Shown here one piece after another: positions 17,530-26,925 of a stretch of 64,000 nt of DNA. Positions within the stretch are counted from its first letter, which is position 1; each line of letters begins with the position of its first letter. The notes below the pieces were generated by a model. It had not been told where the DNA came from. It was given only the letters and a program-made list of their open reading frames with translations, and ran no database searches. The position numbers were made by a program, and so were the translations under genes. Source of the DNA: a virus; IMG/VR virus record IMGVR_UViG_3300005841_000036, positions 4,398 to 68,397 of that record, one strand, 5' to 3'.

Positions 17530-18318
17530 ATGGCCAGGAAGCAAAAAGACGCCGAGGATGACGGATGGGGCGGCACGGTCGAAGGCGACGAGATGAATTT
17601 TGACATGGACTCGACCGGCGTTTCCGGCGAGGACCTCGGCAGCGGCGAGGGCCAGGTCGAGAAAGAGGGGTGGTATCACTGGGAGATCGGCGACGTTTCC
17701 CCCGAGCTCGACAAGGTGAAGGATAACGGCAAGTTTACGACGCCGAACATCCGTTTTGACATGATCGTTTTGGAGACGGTCGAGGGCCAGTCGCCCGCGA
17801 ATTCTCGTCTCTTTCATCGGATGTACCTCTGCAAGGTCGACAAGGACTCGGGCGACGTTTCGGAGATCTCCGAGGGATCGAAGAAAAACGCCTTGCGGTT
17901 CGGAATCGGCCTCGGGCTGCTGGCGGAAAAGGAGGACGGGACGATCGTGGTCGCCGAGACGCTCAAGGACGCCAAGACCGGCGCCGTGATCGCTGAGGCA
18001 GGATCGACCAAGATTCCCACGAAGCTCTGGTTGTTCGCGAAGGGCCGACAGTGCGTCTCGAAAGTCGCCCTCGAGGCCAGCGAAAATCCGGCCTACAAAG
18101 CGGCCTATAAGATTCCGTTTTCGCGGGTCTACCCGGTCGACCACCCGAGCGTTGCCGACGTTCCCAAGAACGCCGAAATGCTCGAGCTCATCGGCAAGGG
18201 CGACTTGGTCAAGAAGCCGGCGGCGAAGGGGGCGAAGGCCCCGGCCAAGAAGGCGGCGCCCGGCAAGCCAGCGGCGGCTGCGCAGTCGGCCGCGGTAGAT
18301 GATCTGGCCGATCTGTAG
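17530..18318 (+). CDS. putative single-stranded DNA-binding protein (DUF669-like)
   Basis: EGWYHWEIGDV motif, acidic tail DDLADL, follows recombinase. Confidence 0.55.
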   Translation: MARKQKDAEDDGWGGTVEGDEMNFDMDSTGVSGEDLGSGEGQVEKEGWYHWEIGDVSPELDKVKDNGKFTTPNIRFDMIVLETVEGQSPANSRLFHRMYLCKVDKDSGDVSEISEGSKKNALRFGIGLGLLAEKEDGTIVVAETLKDAKTGAVIAEAGSTKIPTKLWLFAKGRQCVSKVALEASENPAYKAAYKIPFSRVYPVDHPSVADVPKNAEMLELIGKGDLVKKPAAKGAKAPAKKAAPGKPAAAAQSAAVDDLADL

Positions 18319-18475
18319 GACGGCGCTATCCCTGCCCGGTGTCTGGTGCGAGGCTCAATCCGCACCACCCGCCCCCGGATTCACCGGGCAGGTTTCGCAA
18401 CCGTCCACTAGGGATCGCCGACGTGCTGGTCCGGATCAGGCTTGTCGTCTGACCGGGTTGGCGGTGATCTCTCTA
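18318..18475 (+). ncRNA. candidate structured intergenic RNA
   Basis: Nested inverted repeats: CCTGCCCGGTG/CACCGGGCAGG, GGTGCG/CGCACC, GGACGG/CCGTCC, plus a second long hairpin. Confidence 0.35.
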
Positions 18476-18541
18476 TTGCCCCGCGCCGGCCGGGTGTGGA
18501 AAGCCGGCAACGTTTCACTTTCAGCCTTTCAGGGATGCGCC

Positions 18542-19006
18542 ATGAAAGATCTGCCATATGCCAGCGCTACGAGCGGCGATCGCGCCCTCGGCGAGGCTCA
18601 GTCGATCCTTTCGAGGTTCGGCTGCACGCAATTCGGGATCATGCACGACACGGAACGCGGCGAGTTGCGACTGCAGTTCGTGCATCAGGGCCGCACGGTC
18701 GATTTCCGGGCAAGCTGGAAAGGCTATGCCGCGGCGTGGCTCAAGGCCAAGCCCTACACCCACCGCATGCGAGGCAGCAGGCAGGCATACGAGGCCAAGG
18801 CGATCGAGCAGGCCAAGATCTCGGTTTGCTCCGTGCTGCGAGATCTGGTCAAAGCGCAGGTGACGGCGATCGAGGCCGGGATCCTCTCGTTTGAGGGCGC
18901 TTTCCTCGGTCAGATCTTGCTGGCTAGCGGCCAGAGCGTTTCCGAGTACGTGCAGGCGGCGGCGATCATCCCGCCGGCGGAAACGAAGAAGCTCGAGGCG
19001 AAGTAA
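18542..19006 (+). CDS. conserved hypothetical phage protein
   Basis: ILSRFGCTQFG...RDLVKAQVTAIEAGILSFEGAFL, typical of phage replication-region proteins. Confidence 0.7.
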   Translation: MKDLPYASATSGDRALGEAQSILSRFGCTQFGIMHDTERGELRLQFVHQGRTVDFRASWKGYAAAWLKAKPYTHRMRGSRQAYEAKAIEQAKISVCSVLRDLVKAQVTAIEAGILSFEGAFLGQILLASGQSVSEYVQAAAIIPPAETKKLEAK

Positions 19007-20061
19007 TGGCCAAAAAATCCGACATCATCGGAACGATCGATCGGATCAAGTGGCGGGCGCCCGATTCAAACTACGTGATCGCCGGCCTCGAGGACGGAAC
19101 GACCATCGTCGGCAACGCGGCCGAGGGCGATCTCTTCCCTGGCATCACCTACCAATTTTTCGGGGACTGGGATGAGAATGCAAAATTCGGCCGGCAGTTC
19201 AAGTTCGTGCAGTTGGTCAAGCAGGAACCGCACTCGCGACACGGCGTTGTCTGCTACCTCGCACGCTACGCGCCCGGAGTCGGGAACGGGATCGCGGCGC
19301 AGCTGTTCGACGCATTCGGGTCAACTGCGGTGCAGGTCCTCCGAACGGATCCCGAACAAGCCGCGCGGCGGTGTCCGCGGCTGACGATCGAGAAAGCAAA
19401 GCTCGCATCGCAAGCCCTCAAGCAGCTGCTGCGGCTCGAGGATACAAAGATCGATCTAACGAATCTATTCGCCGGCCGCGGGTTCAATACGACCTTGGTC
19501 GACGCGGTGGTCGCAAAGTGGGGCATCCTGGCGCCGGAGCGCGTTCGGCGCGATCCATTCTCGCTGCTGGTGCACGGATTTGCCTCTTGCGGGTTCGCCC
19601 GGTGCGATCGCCTCTATGCCGACCTCGGCCTGCCACAGGAAAAGATCAAGCGACAAGTGATCTGCCTTTGGCATGTTTTGCGGGAGGAATCAAACGGCAG
19701 CACTTGGCACGACTCCCGCGCGGTGGTCCGGAAGATGGCCGAGGCGGTCGGCGGCGTGACAACCAGGCCCGGCCGGGCGATCAAGGTCGGGGTGCGAGCG
19801 GGCTGGATCGCGGTGAAGGTCGACGCCGAGGGCCGGCGATGGCTGGCCGAGGGTCAGAAGGCGAAAAACGAGAAGTTCCTGGCGGAACGGATTTCGGAAC
19901 TCATCACAAACGCAGGAGGCGAAAATGCTGGTCCTATCGCGCAAAGAGGGAGAGAAGATCATCGTGGGGAGCGGCGAGAACACGGTCAAAATTACGGTGA
20001 CGCTGATCAAAGGGAATCGAGTCAAAATCGGCGTCGAGGCCCCGCGCGGAATCCCGATTGA
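19006..20061 (+). CDS. RecD2-like helicase, N-terminal part
   Basis: GTIDRIKW, GDWDENAKFGRQFKF, PGVGNGIA, DPFSLL..GFARCDRL; no Walker A. Confidence 0.82.
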   Translation: MAKKSDIIGTIDRIKWRAPDSNYVIAGLEDGTTIVGNAAEGDLFPGITYQFFGDWDENAKFGRQFKFVQLVKQEPHSRHGVVCYLARYAPGVGNGIAAQLFDAFGSTAVQVLRTDPEQAARRCPRLTIEKAKLASQALKQLLRLEDTKIDLTNLFAGRGFNTTLVDAVVAKWGILAPERVRRDPFSLLVHGFASCGFARCDRLYADLGLPQEKIKRQVICLWHVLREESNGSTWHDSRAVVRKMAEAVGGVTTRPGRAIKVGVRAGWIAVKVDAEGRRWLAEGQKAKNEKFLAERISELITNAGGENAGPIAQRGREDHRGERREHGQNYGDADQRESSQNRRRGPARNPD

Positions 20062-20098
20062 TCGCGGGGAAGTCGCCGGGCGAAAGGTGGGGCAATGA
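19925..20098 (+). CDS. csrA: carbon storage regulator CsrA/RsmA
   Basis: Hand translation MLVLSRKEGEKIIVGSGENTVKITVTLIKGNRVKIGVEAPRGIPIDRGEVAGRKVGQ (57 aa, below ORF-track cutoff); AGGAGG RBS; ATGA overlap with next gene. Confidence 0.9.
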   Translation: MLVLSRKEGEKIIVGSGENTVKITVTLIKGNRVKIGVEAPRGIPIDRGEVAGRKVGQ

Positions 20099-21405
20099 TC
20101 TGGCCGGATCCCTCGAGCCTCACCGCTTCATCACCTCACCAGCAAGAGACGTGGGGCCGCGCCTCGAGCGCGGGCCGAGTCGCGATCCTCACCGGGGGCC
20201 CTGGGACTGGCAAGACGACCACGGCGGCCGAGGTCCTCAAGCAGTGCGCGAAAACGGTCGGGCTGTCGAATGTCGCCGTCTGCAGTCCGTTCGGCAAAGC
20301 CGCGGTGAAGATCACGGCGAGCATGAACGCCGCGGGCCTCGAGTGCGAGGCGACGACCATTCACCGATTGCTTGGCGTGACTCGCAACGGGCACGACAAA
20401 GGCGGGTGGGGGTTCCGGTTCAACGCCGGCAATCCCCTGCCCTATCGGGTCCTGGCGATCGAGGAGTCCTCGACCCTCGGCGTCGACCTGGGGGCAAGCC
20501 TCTTCTCGGCGATCCACCCGGGCACCCACGTTTTACTTCTCGGGGATGACGGGCAACTGCCACCGGTCGAGCATGGCGCCGTTTTGCGGGATCTCAAGGC
20601 GGCCGGGCTACCGCACGGGGAACTCCTCGAGATCTGGCGGAACGACGGCGACATCGTGAAGGCCTGCCAGGCGATCCGCGCGGGTCGACCGTGGCGAGCA
20701 TCGCGCGAGATCAACATTCCGGCCGGGCAAAACCTACGACACTGCGAGACGGCGAAAGTTCCGGTCGCACTGCGGCATCTCGAGAGATTCCTGGCGACCG
20801 CCCCGACGGGGATTGATCCCATCTGGGACGTCCAGGTCCTTTGCACGGTCAACGAAAAGTCGCCCCTCGGGCGGAAGGATCTAAACGCACGGCTCCGCGA
20901 GTTCCTCAACTCCGCGGGCCGGCGGATCGACAAGCATCCTTTCCGGGTGGGCGACAAGGTGATCTGCCTATCGAATTCGATGCTCCCTCTCGACTCTGGC
21001 GACGGGCTGCAGTTCGAGGACGATGGAGCGATCGAGGAATTCGTCGCGAACGGCGAGATCGGCCGAGTGACGTACATAGAGCCGAAATTATCGATCGTGA
21101 AGTTCGACGCGCCGGCGCGGACCGTGCGAGTCGTTGGCGGCTGGCATGACTCGTTCGATCTGGCCTACGCGATCACCACGCACAAGAGCCAGGGGAGCCA
21201 ATGGCCAGTCGTAATCTACATGAGCGACGACTATCCCAGCGCGAGGCGAACATCCTCGAGGCAGCTTGTCTATACGGCACTTTCCCGAGCGGAAAAACTG
21301 TGCGTTACCATCGGCCGGAAATCGACGATCGATTTGGACTGCAAGCGCGACGCGCTGGTCGGTCGAAAGACGTTCCTTGCCGAGATGATCGAGAGGGCCG
21401 CATGA
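20095..21405 (+). CDS. RecD-like SF1B helicase core
   Basis: TGGPGTGKTT, PFGKAA, TIHRLL, GDDGQLPPV, AYAITTHKSQGSQW, YTALSRA. Confidence 0.9.
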   Translation: MIWPDPSSLTASSPHQQETWGRASSAGRVAILTGGPGTGKTTTAAEVLKQCAKTVGLSNVAVCSPFGKAAVKITASMNAAGLECEATTIHRLLGVTRNGHDKGGWGFRFNAGNPLPYRVLAIEESSTLGVDLGASLFSAIHPGTHVLLLGDDGQLPPVEHGAVLRDLKAAGLPHGELLEIWRNDGDIVKACQAIRAGRPWRASREINIPAGQNLRHCETAKVPVALRHLERFLATAPTGIDPIWDVQVLCTVNEKSPLGRKDLNARLREFLNSAGRRIDKHPFRVGDKVICLSNSMLPLDSGDGLQFEDDGAIEEFVANGEIGRVTYIEPKLSIVKFDAPARTVRVVGGWHDSFDLAYAITTHKSQGSQWPVVIYMSDDYPSARRTSSRQLVYTALSRAEKLCVTIGRKSTIDLDCKRDALVGRKTFLAEMIERAA

Positions 21406-21722
21406 ATCGAGTAATCTTGAAATTCAACATCAGCAAGGGCGAGCATCATCCGGACGGCGGCGTGATCGTCAAGATTCCCGCGGGGGCGAAGCTGCTGCGA
21501 ATCGGCCGGGATGGGAATAGCCCGCAGTCGCCCGTAGGCGCGTCCGGCTGCGCGTGGTACTTCGTTCCGTTGCCGGCGAGAGAATATCAGGCGTTCGTAT
21601 TCCTGACCCTCGGCACGGGCGAGTGGTTCTCTGCGGCCGAGGGCGAGTATCTCGGAAGCTGGGAGGAACGCAACGATTTTGGTTGGTTTATCTGGCATGT
21701 ACTCGCCCGGCCGCACGTATGA
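21402..21722 (+). CDS. hypothetical phage protein
   Basis: IPAGAKLL...GTGE...YLGS...IWHV pattern; ATGA-coupled. Confidence 0.6.
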   Translation: MNRVILKFNISKGEHHPDGGVIVKIPAGAKLLRIGRDGNSPQSPVGASGCAWYFVPLPAREYQAFVFLTLGTGEWFSAAEGEYLGSWEERNDFGWFIWHVLARPHV

Positions 21723-21946
21723 CCTCCCCCGTTAAATGCTACTGCTGCGGGCGATTCGTCTCGCGCAAGAAGTCCTTTTCGACCGTCACTGGCGAGCGTA
21801 TCTGCCGACGGTGCGAGTACGCTTTCACCCGACCTCGAGGGAAACTGCCCCGCGCCCCCCTCGGGAAAATCGTTCACTATCCGCAGATCAAGATCTCACC
21901 GATTCCGCGCCCCGAGGATGCCAATGGTACTCGACTCGAAGATTGA
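21719..21946 (+). CDS. small Zn-finger protein
   Basis: CYCCG...CRRC. Confidence 0.5.
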   Translation: MTSPVKCYCCGRFVSRKKSFSTVTGERICRRCEYAFTRPRGKLPRAPLGKIVHYPQIKISPIPRPEDANGTRLED

Positions 21947-22796
21947 AAAGGTCAAGTTGCACTTTGGGATCGCTTCCCTCGATGACTGGCGCGACGTTAC
22001 CCCCGCCTGGATCCTGAACCTCGAGGGGATCGGCCAGGTGACTCTCGACCATATTCGCCTCTATCTGGCTTCGCATAATATCTCGCTGCGCGGCGACCAA
22101 ACGCCGGATTTCTGGCGGGCGCACCTCGGCGAGGCGAGGATCTGCCATCAGATGGCCGACGAGGATCGATACGACGTCGTTAATTTTACGATCGTTATCG
22201 ACAAGCGAGAGCAGCATCCCTTTACGTTCCAGGGCATCGAATCCGACGCCAAGGGATCCCGCCGGCCGATGTTCATTCCGACCAAGCCGGGGACGCTTCC
22301 CTCGGGCGACTACTCGGTCGCCGGCCTCGAGCATGCGGTCGCCGTGGAGCGGAAAAGCCTGGTCGACCTATACGGGACGATCGGCGCCGGGCGGGATCGG
22401 TTCGTCCGCGAGCTCGAGCGGCTCGACCAGATGGAATTCGCCGCGGTGGTGATCGAGGCAGGATGGCCGGCGATCATCGGCAACCCGCCCCCCTCTTCCA
22501 AGGTCTCGCCAAAGGTGATTTATCGATCGATCATCGCCTGGGGGCAGCGATTCCCGCGGGTGCACTGGTGGCCATGCCCGCATAGGACGTTCGCCGAGCG
22601 AACTACTTTCCGGATTCTGCAGCGGTTTTGGACGGACGTGATGGACGGAAAGCGATCATCCGGCCCGGCCGCGAGGTTCGACGGCGACATCGACAAGATT
22701 CCGGATGATAGCATTCCGACCAGTCCGGCCGAGGAAAGCGCGGAACGGTCAGAAGGCGAGCAGAATTCCCTTGCGGACGATGGTGAATTCTTCTAA
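21918..22796 (+). CDS. ERCC4/XPF-domain nuclease
   Basis: IVIDKREQ, GDYS, AVERKSLVDL, RFVRELERL; N-terminal LEGIG HhH-like. Confidence 0.85.
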   Translation: MPMVLDSKIEKVKLHFGIASLDDWRDVTPAWILNLEGIGQVTLDHIRLYLASHNISLRGDQTPDFWRAHLGEARICHQMADEDRYDVVNFTIVIDKREQHPFTFQGIESDAKGSRRPMFIPTKPGTLPSGDYSVAGLEHAVAVERKSLVDLYGTIGAGRDRFVRELERLDQMEFAAVVIEAGWPAIIGNPPPSSKVSPKVIYRSIIAWGQRFPRVHWWPCPHRTFAERTTFRILQRFWTDVMDGKRSSGPAARFDGDIDKIPDDSIPTSPAEESAERSEGEQNSLADDGEFF

Positions 22797-22937
22797 CATC
22801 CTCAAGCCGACAGTTGCTAGCCCAAAACAAACGCCCCCGCCCCCGCGCGGCATCTTTGGCGGCTGTCGGCAAAACTCCACTTCTGACGCCCGCGGGGGCA
22901 TTTTCAGATCATCGGCAAACCCCAAGGACGCCGAACC

Positions 22938-25724
22938 GTGGCCGACCTCTCCAGAAAATGGATCGAAGCAAACCGCGCGATCCTCGACGCGGTGGACATC
23001 GAGCAGGAATATCGCCGGTGCGGCGTCCGGATCCCCGAGCGATCCAAGCCGAGGGCAACCGGCTGGCTTCCCGTGCATGCCGTCGGCCGCGACGACGACA
23101 CGCCCTCGGCCGAGATCAACGTCGGCGACGGGCCCCCGCGCGGGCGATACCGCGACTTTGGCGGGAACGGGGAAACCCTCGGCTTTTTCGACTTTGTCGC
23201 TAAGTTCATGCCGGGGGCCGGCGGCGACTGGCGAGCCGCGCGCAAGCACTACGCCCAGCAGACGAAAATCAAGCTCCCCTCGGGCGACGATACTTGCCCG
23301 CAGGACAAATTCGAGTTTTTCGACTTAACGCCCGGCGCGGCCCTCGGCTGGACCAGCAAAAAACCGGGGATCAAGGCCTCGGCGGTGATGGCTTGCGGGG
23401 GACGTGGCGCCCGATGGCCGAAGGGACTCCGCGCGGAACTGACGCACTGCCTGATCGTGTTCCCGATGTTCGGCGCCGGCGGCCTCGACCTCGAGCCTCA
23501 GGCGTGGCATTGCGTGAACTCGACCGGCCAGAAAATCCGGAAGTTCAAGGGCGAGGGGAACGAGCCGGACCTCCTCAAAACGATGACCGTCGGGCCCCCT
23601 GGGATCATGGGGGTCGCCGGCCTGCGCGGTCTGGCCGCGGCCCGGGTGGTCTGGCTGACCGAGGGGATATCGGACCTCCTCGCGCTGCAGACGATGCTCT
23701 CGGCCCTCCCCGAAGAGGTGCAGGCGGATCACGTAGTCCTGTCGTTCGGCGCCGCGACCTACCATTGCCGAGCGGACTGGATCCCCCTGTTTATGGGGAA
23801 GGATGTTCGGTTCGTCTACGATGCCGACAAGCCCGGGCAGGCCGGGGCGCTCGCCTCGATCGCCGCGGTGATCCGCTCCGCGGCCAAGGTGCGCAACGTC
23901 CAGCTACCCTACGAAATCGGCGAGAATCACGGCAAAGACCTTCGCGACTACATCCTCGAGGGTCGGACTTTCGACGACCTCTGCGATCTGGCCGAGCGCC
24001 AGGCGCCGATCGACCCGGGGACCGCGGCCGACGCGCTGGTCGAACCCCACAAACTACTCCTCGAGCAGCTTGGAATCATCGTTTGCGGCCAGGTCGAGGG
24101 GACCGAGGCAATCGAGATTTTCTCGACGAAACTGCACAAAAAGACGCTGGTGCGCGATATCGATAAGCTCTCGTTTGCGAAAGGAATCCTCTCCCTCGGC
24201 GGCGACGTGATGGATACCTACGTAACGGATTCGCGCGAGGGCGAGCCCGGTAAGTACTCGATGGGCGAAGTCCGGAACGCCGTCGCGCGCGAGGCCGGCA
24301 AAATGTTCCTCTCGCATCAGCCCGACGTCGGATCCGGAATCTGGCCGGTCGAGGACTCGCTGGTCCTGGTCGGGCCGCGGTCTGCCGACATCTGGAACGG
24401 CAAGAAGCAACTCGAACAAATCTTGATGCCGGCGGTGAAAGGCCAGCGGTTGGATTTCGGCGGGGAGCAGTGGTACGACCGCGAAAAGCTGGGGCGGCTC
24501 CTCGAGCGCGCGGCCGATCTCAAGTGGTGCCAAGCGGTCCTCGACGAAGCGATCAACCTGTTCGACAAATGGGACAATTGGCGGCGGCCATCGAGTCCGT
24601 GGGTCCTCGCCGGCCTGGCCTGCGCGTCCTGGATTCAAACGACCTGGGATTTTCGGCCCCAGGTCGCCGTGATCGGTCCGACCAACTCGGGAAAATCCTT
24701 CCTGGTCGAAAAGACCCTGCCGAAGATCTTCGCGAACCTCTGCCTCCCCTGCCAGCGGTCGACCGAGGCCGGGATCCGGCAGGTGATCGGCAACACGGGC
24801 CAGATCTTGATAATCGACGAGTTCGAGGACGACGCGAACCGCAAGAAGATCCTCGATATGTTCCGGACCTCGAGCCGCGGCGGCCGCATGGTGCGCGGCA
24901 CGCGAGACCAACGCCCGGGCGGCCAGAATTTCGGCCTAAAACATATCGCTTGGGTGTCCTCGATCGAGCTCAACCTAACCCGCGAGCCCGACGCCAACCG
25001 GTTTATCATCCTCGAGCTAGCCAAGGTGACCGGGCCGGCAAAGCTGGTCCTGCCGGATCCCGAGGTCCTCGCCGACCTGGGGCAGAAGCTCCTTGCCGTG
25101 GCGATCCGGCACTGGCGGGAGATGACCCGCCTTTCAACCGCCATGAAGTCCCGAGACATGGGGGGGGTGTCGAATCGCATCGTCGAGGTGTATTCGGTGC
25201 CGGTCGCCGTCCTGGCCCATATCAGAGGGTACGGGCACGACGAGACCGCCCAGCTGCTGCGCCAAGTGATCGGAGACCTCGACCGGCCGGACTCGAGGGA
25301 GTCGGAAGAGGAGCAGCTACTCCGGGCCATCTACGAGGCCACCGTGATCCTCCCGAGGGGTTCCCGGGTGATGTTCTCCCAATTGCTCCAGGACCAAGTC
25401 CTCGAGGACGGTGACGGCCTTGCGGTCGACCGGCGGAAGCTGATCAACGCCCTTGGGGTGAAACTGGTCGAAATCCCACCCGATCGGCCCGAGGATCCCG
25501 AGAAAATCGGGATGTTTTTCGCTAAGTCCATTCTGTGTAAGGAATTGCTGAAAAACACCGAATGGGCGAGCAAGGACGTCAACCAAATGCTCCTCCGGAT
25601 CCCGGGTGCGAAGGGTGCCCAAATGCAGCGGCTGGGGTCGCACGTTTCCCGCGGGGTGGTGATCCCTCTCGATCAGCTAAACAAGCTGGTCGAGCTCAAA
25701 TTGGACGTCGCGAGGCTGTTTTGA
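22938..25724 (+). CDS. primase-helicase (TOPRIM + P-loop NTPase)
   Basis: LTEGISD and YDADKPG TOPRIM motifs, KDLRDY, GPTNSGKS Walker A, ILIIDEFE Walker B. Confidence 0.85.
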   Translation: MADLSRKWIEANRAILDAVDIEQEYRRCGVRIPERSKPRATGWLPVHAVGRDDDTPSAEINVGDGPPRGRYRDFGGNGETLGFFDFVAKFMPGAGGDWRAARKHYAQQTKIKLPSGDDTCPQDKFEFFDLTPGAALGWTSKKPGIKASAVMACGGRGARWPKGLRAELTHCLIVFPMFGAGGLDLEPQAWHCVNSTGQKIRKFKGEGNEPDLLKTMTVGPPGIMGVAGLRGLAAARVVWLTEGISDLLALQTMLSALPEEVQADHVVLSFGAATYHCRADWIPLFMGKDVRFVYDADKPGQAGALASIAAVIRSAAKVRNVQLPYEIGENHGKDLRDYILEGRTFDDLCDLAERQAPIDPGTAADALVEPHKLLLEQLGIIVCGQVEGTEAIEIFSTKLHKKTLVRDIDKLSFAKGILSLGGDVMDTYVTDSREGEPGKYSMGEVRNAVAREAGKMFLSHQPDVGSGIWPVEDSLVLVGPRSADIWNGKKQLEQILMPAVKGQRLDFGGEQWYDREKLGRLLERAADLKWCQAVLDEAINLFDKWDNWRRPSSPWVLAGLACASWIQTTWDFRPQVAVIGPTNSGKSFLVEKTLPKIFANLCLPCQRSTEAGIRQVIGNTGQILIIDEFEDDANRKKILDMFRTSSRGGRMVRGTRDQRPGGQNFGLKHIAWVSSIELNLTREPDANRFIILELAKVTGPAKLVLPDPEVLADLGQKLLAVAIRHWREMTRLSTAMKSRDMGGVSNRIVEVYSVPVAVLAHIRGYGHDETAQLLRQVIGDLDRPDSRESEEEQLLRAIYEATVILPRGSRVMFSQLLQDQVLEDGDGLAVDRRKLINALGVKLVEIPPDRPEDPEKIGMFFAKSILCKELLKNTEWASKDVNQMLLRIPGAKGAQMQRLGSHVSRGVVIPLDQLNKLVELKLDVARLF

Positions 25725-25729
25725 CCGAA

Positions 25730-26070
25730 AAGGATGTAACAATAAACCAATTTGTAGCGCGATTGTAACAAGGTGCGTTACAAAAGTTGTGTCGACCCAA
25801 AAAGTGAAAAGCCCGTGCCTTTTTTGAAGTTAGATTGTGTACACACTTTCATAAATGAAATCAAATATAGGGTGTAGCGCCGTAGCGCTTTTACAAGAGC
25901 CTATAGGAGCAAAATTTCTCTCAGTCCAATTCACACAAAAAATCTCTCTCTAATATATGAACTTCTTCCAAAAAACATGTTACAGCGCTACATTTTTCCT
26001 AAGTGACGTTCGTGCAAGTGTTTAGAGTGTAACGGTTCGCGCTACAGACCTGTTACAGTGTTACAATTAC
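25730..26070. repeat. putative replication origin: AT-rich tract with TGTARC iterons
   Basis: Hexamers at 25735, 25753, 25764, 25873, 26028 (forward) and 25777, 25979, 25987, 26041, 26052, 26060 (reverse); directly after primase-helicase. Confidence 0.7.
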
Positions 26071-26089
26071 CCCGAATGGAGGATGCGAG

Positions 26090-26647
26090 ATGGCAACGAC
26101 CACAAAAGCGGGCGGCAAGGGCAAAACGACCAAGGGCGGAAAGGGGAAGGAGGCGAAGGGGTCGAGGTATCCGTCCGCGGTCCGGCCGCAAGCCGATCTT
26201 CCGGTCGAGTTCGGCAACGTCAGCATCGGCCAGGCGGCGGCCTCGATCGGCGTCGCGATCGATCCGGCCTCGGTGACTGTCGCCCGGGCTCACGAGCTAT
26301 TCAACGGCAAGCGGGCGACCGTCAAGATCGTCCAGGCGCCGAAAGGTGAGACGCCGGGCCAGAAGCGGCTCGATGGGGTCGAGGCCCTCGAGGTGATCGG
26401 GGTGGTCGATATCCGCGGCTATCGCATGTCCCCCAAGGTGATCTCGGCCCGGCTGACGTTCACAATCGAGGGGTTGGACTTGGGCGCGCTCGCTCACTTC
26501 TCGAAACGGTCCGGCCGGCTGCAGGTGATGCAGGTGCAGGAGATCCCGGCCGACTCCGCGGCGGTCCTGGATCCCGAGGACGAGGACGACGACGACGGCG
26601 AGGCCGACCTGCAGGACGACGAGCCTGATCAGCTGTCGGACCTATGA
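26090..26647 (+). CDS. hypothetical protein (basic N-terminus, acidic C-terminus)
   Basis: GGAGG RBS; 185 aa. Confidence 0.65.
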   Translation: MATTTKAGGKGKTTKGGKGKEAKGSRYPSAVRPQADLPVEFGNVSIGQAAASIGVAIDPASVTVARAHELFNGKRATVKIVQAPKGETPGQKRLDGVEALEVIGVVDIRGYRMSPKVISARLTFTIEGLDLGALAHFSKRSGRLQVMQVQEIPADSAAVLDPEDEDDDDGEADLQDDEPDQLSDL

Positions 26648-26925
26648 GTCGCGGCGACGTCCTAGTCGCCGTGCTGGTCCGCGGGCACGAGCGATATTTG
26701 TGCGTATACGAGGAGGGCAGGGAGTGGGATGCCCTTGCCTTCCTCGTTCGGTGGGCGGCGAATCCGGAGTTGAGTTTTTCATGGTACGACGCTGCGATCA
26801 TGCGACAAAAGATCTGCGGCGAGTTGAAGGGAAAGCGGGCAAGGTTGCGTGGAGAGATTGTCCAGGTGAAGGATGCAAAAGGAAAATTCAAAAAGAAAGG
26901 AGGGTCGAATCATGGGGCAGAATAG
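26644..26925 (+). CDS. conserved small protein resembling a Planctomycetes family
   Basis: LVRGHERYLCVY...RWAANPELSFSWYDAAIMRQKI recalled from planctomycete hypothetical proteins (unverified). Confidence 0.65.
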   Translation: MSRGDVLVAVLVRGHERYLCVYEEGREWDALAFLVRWAANPELSFSWYDAAIMRQKICGELKGKRARLRGEIVQVKDAKGKFKKKGGSNHGAE

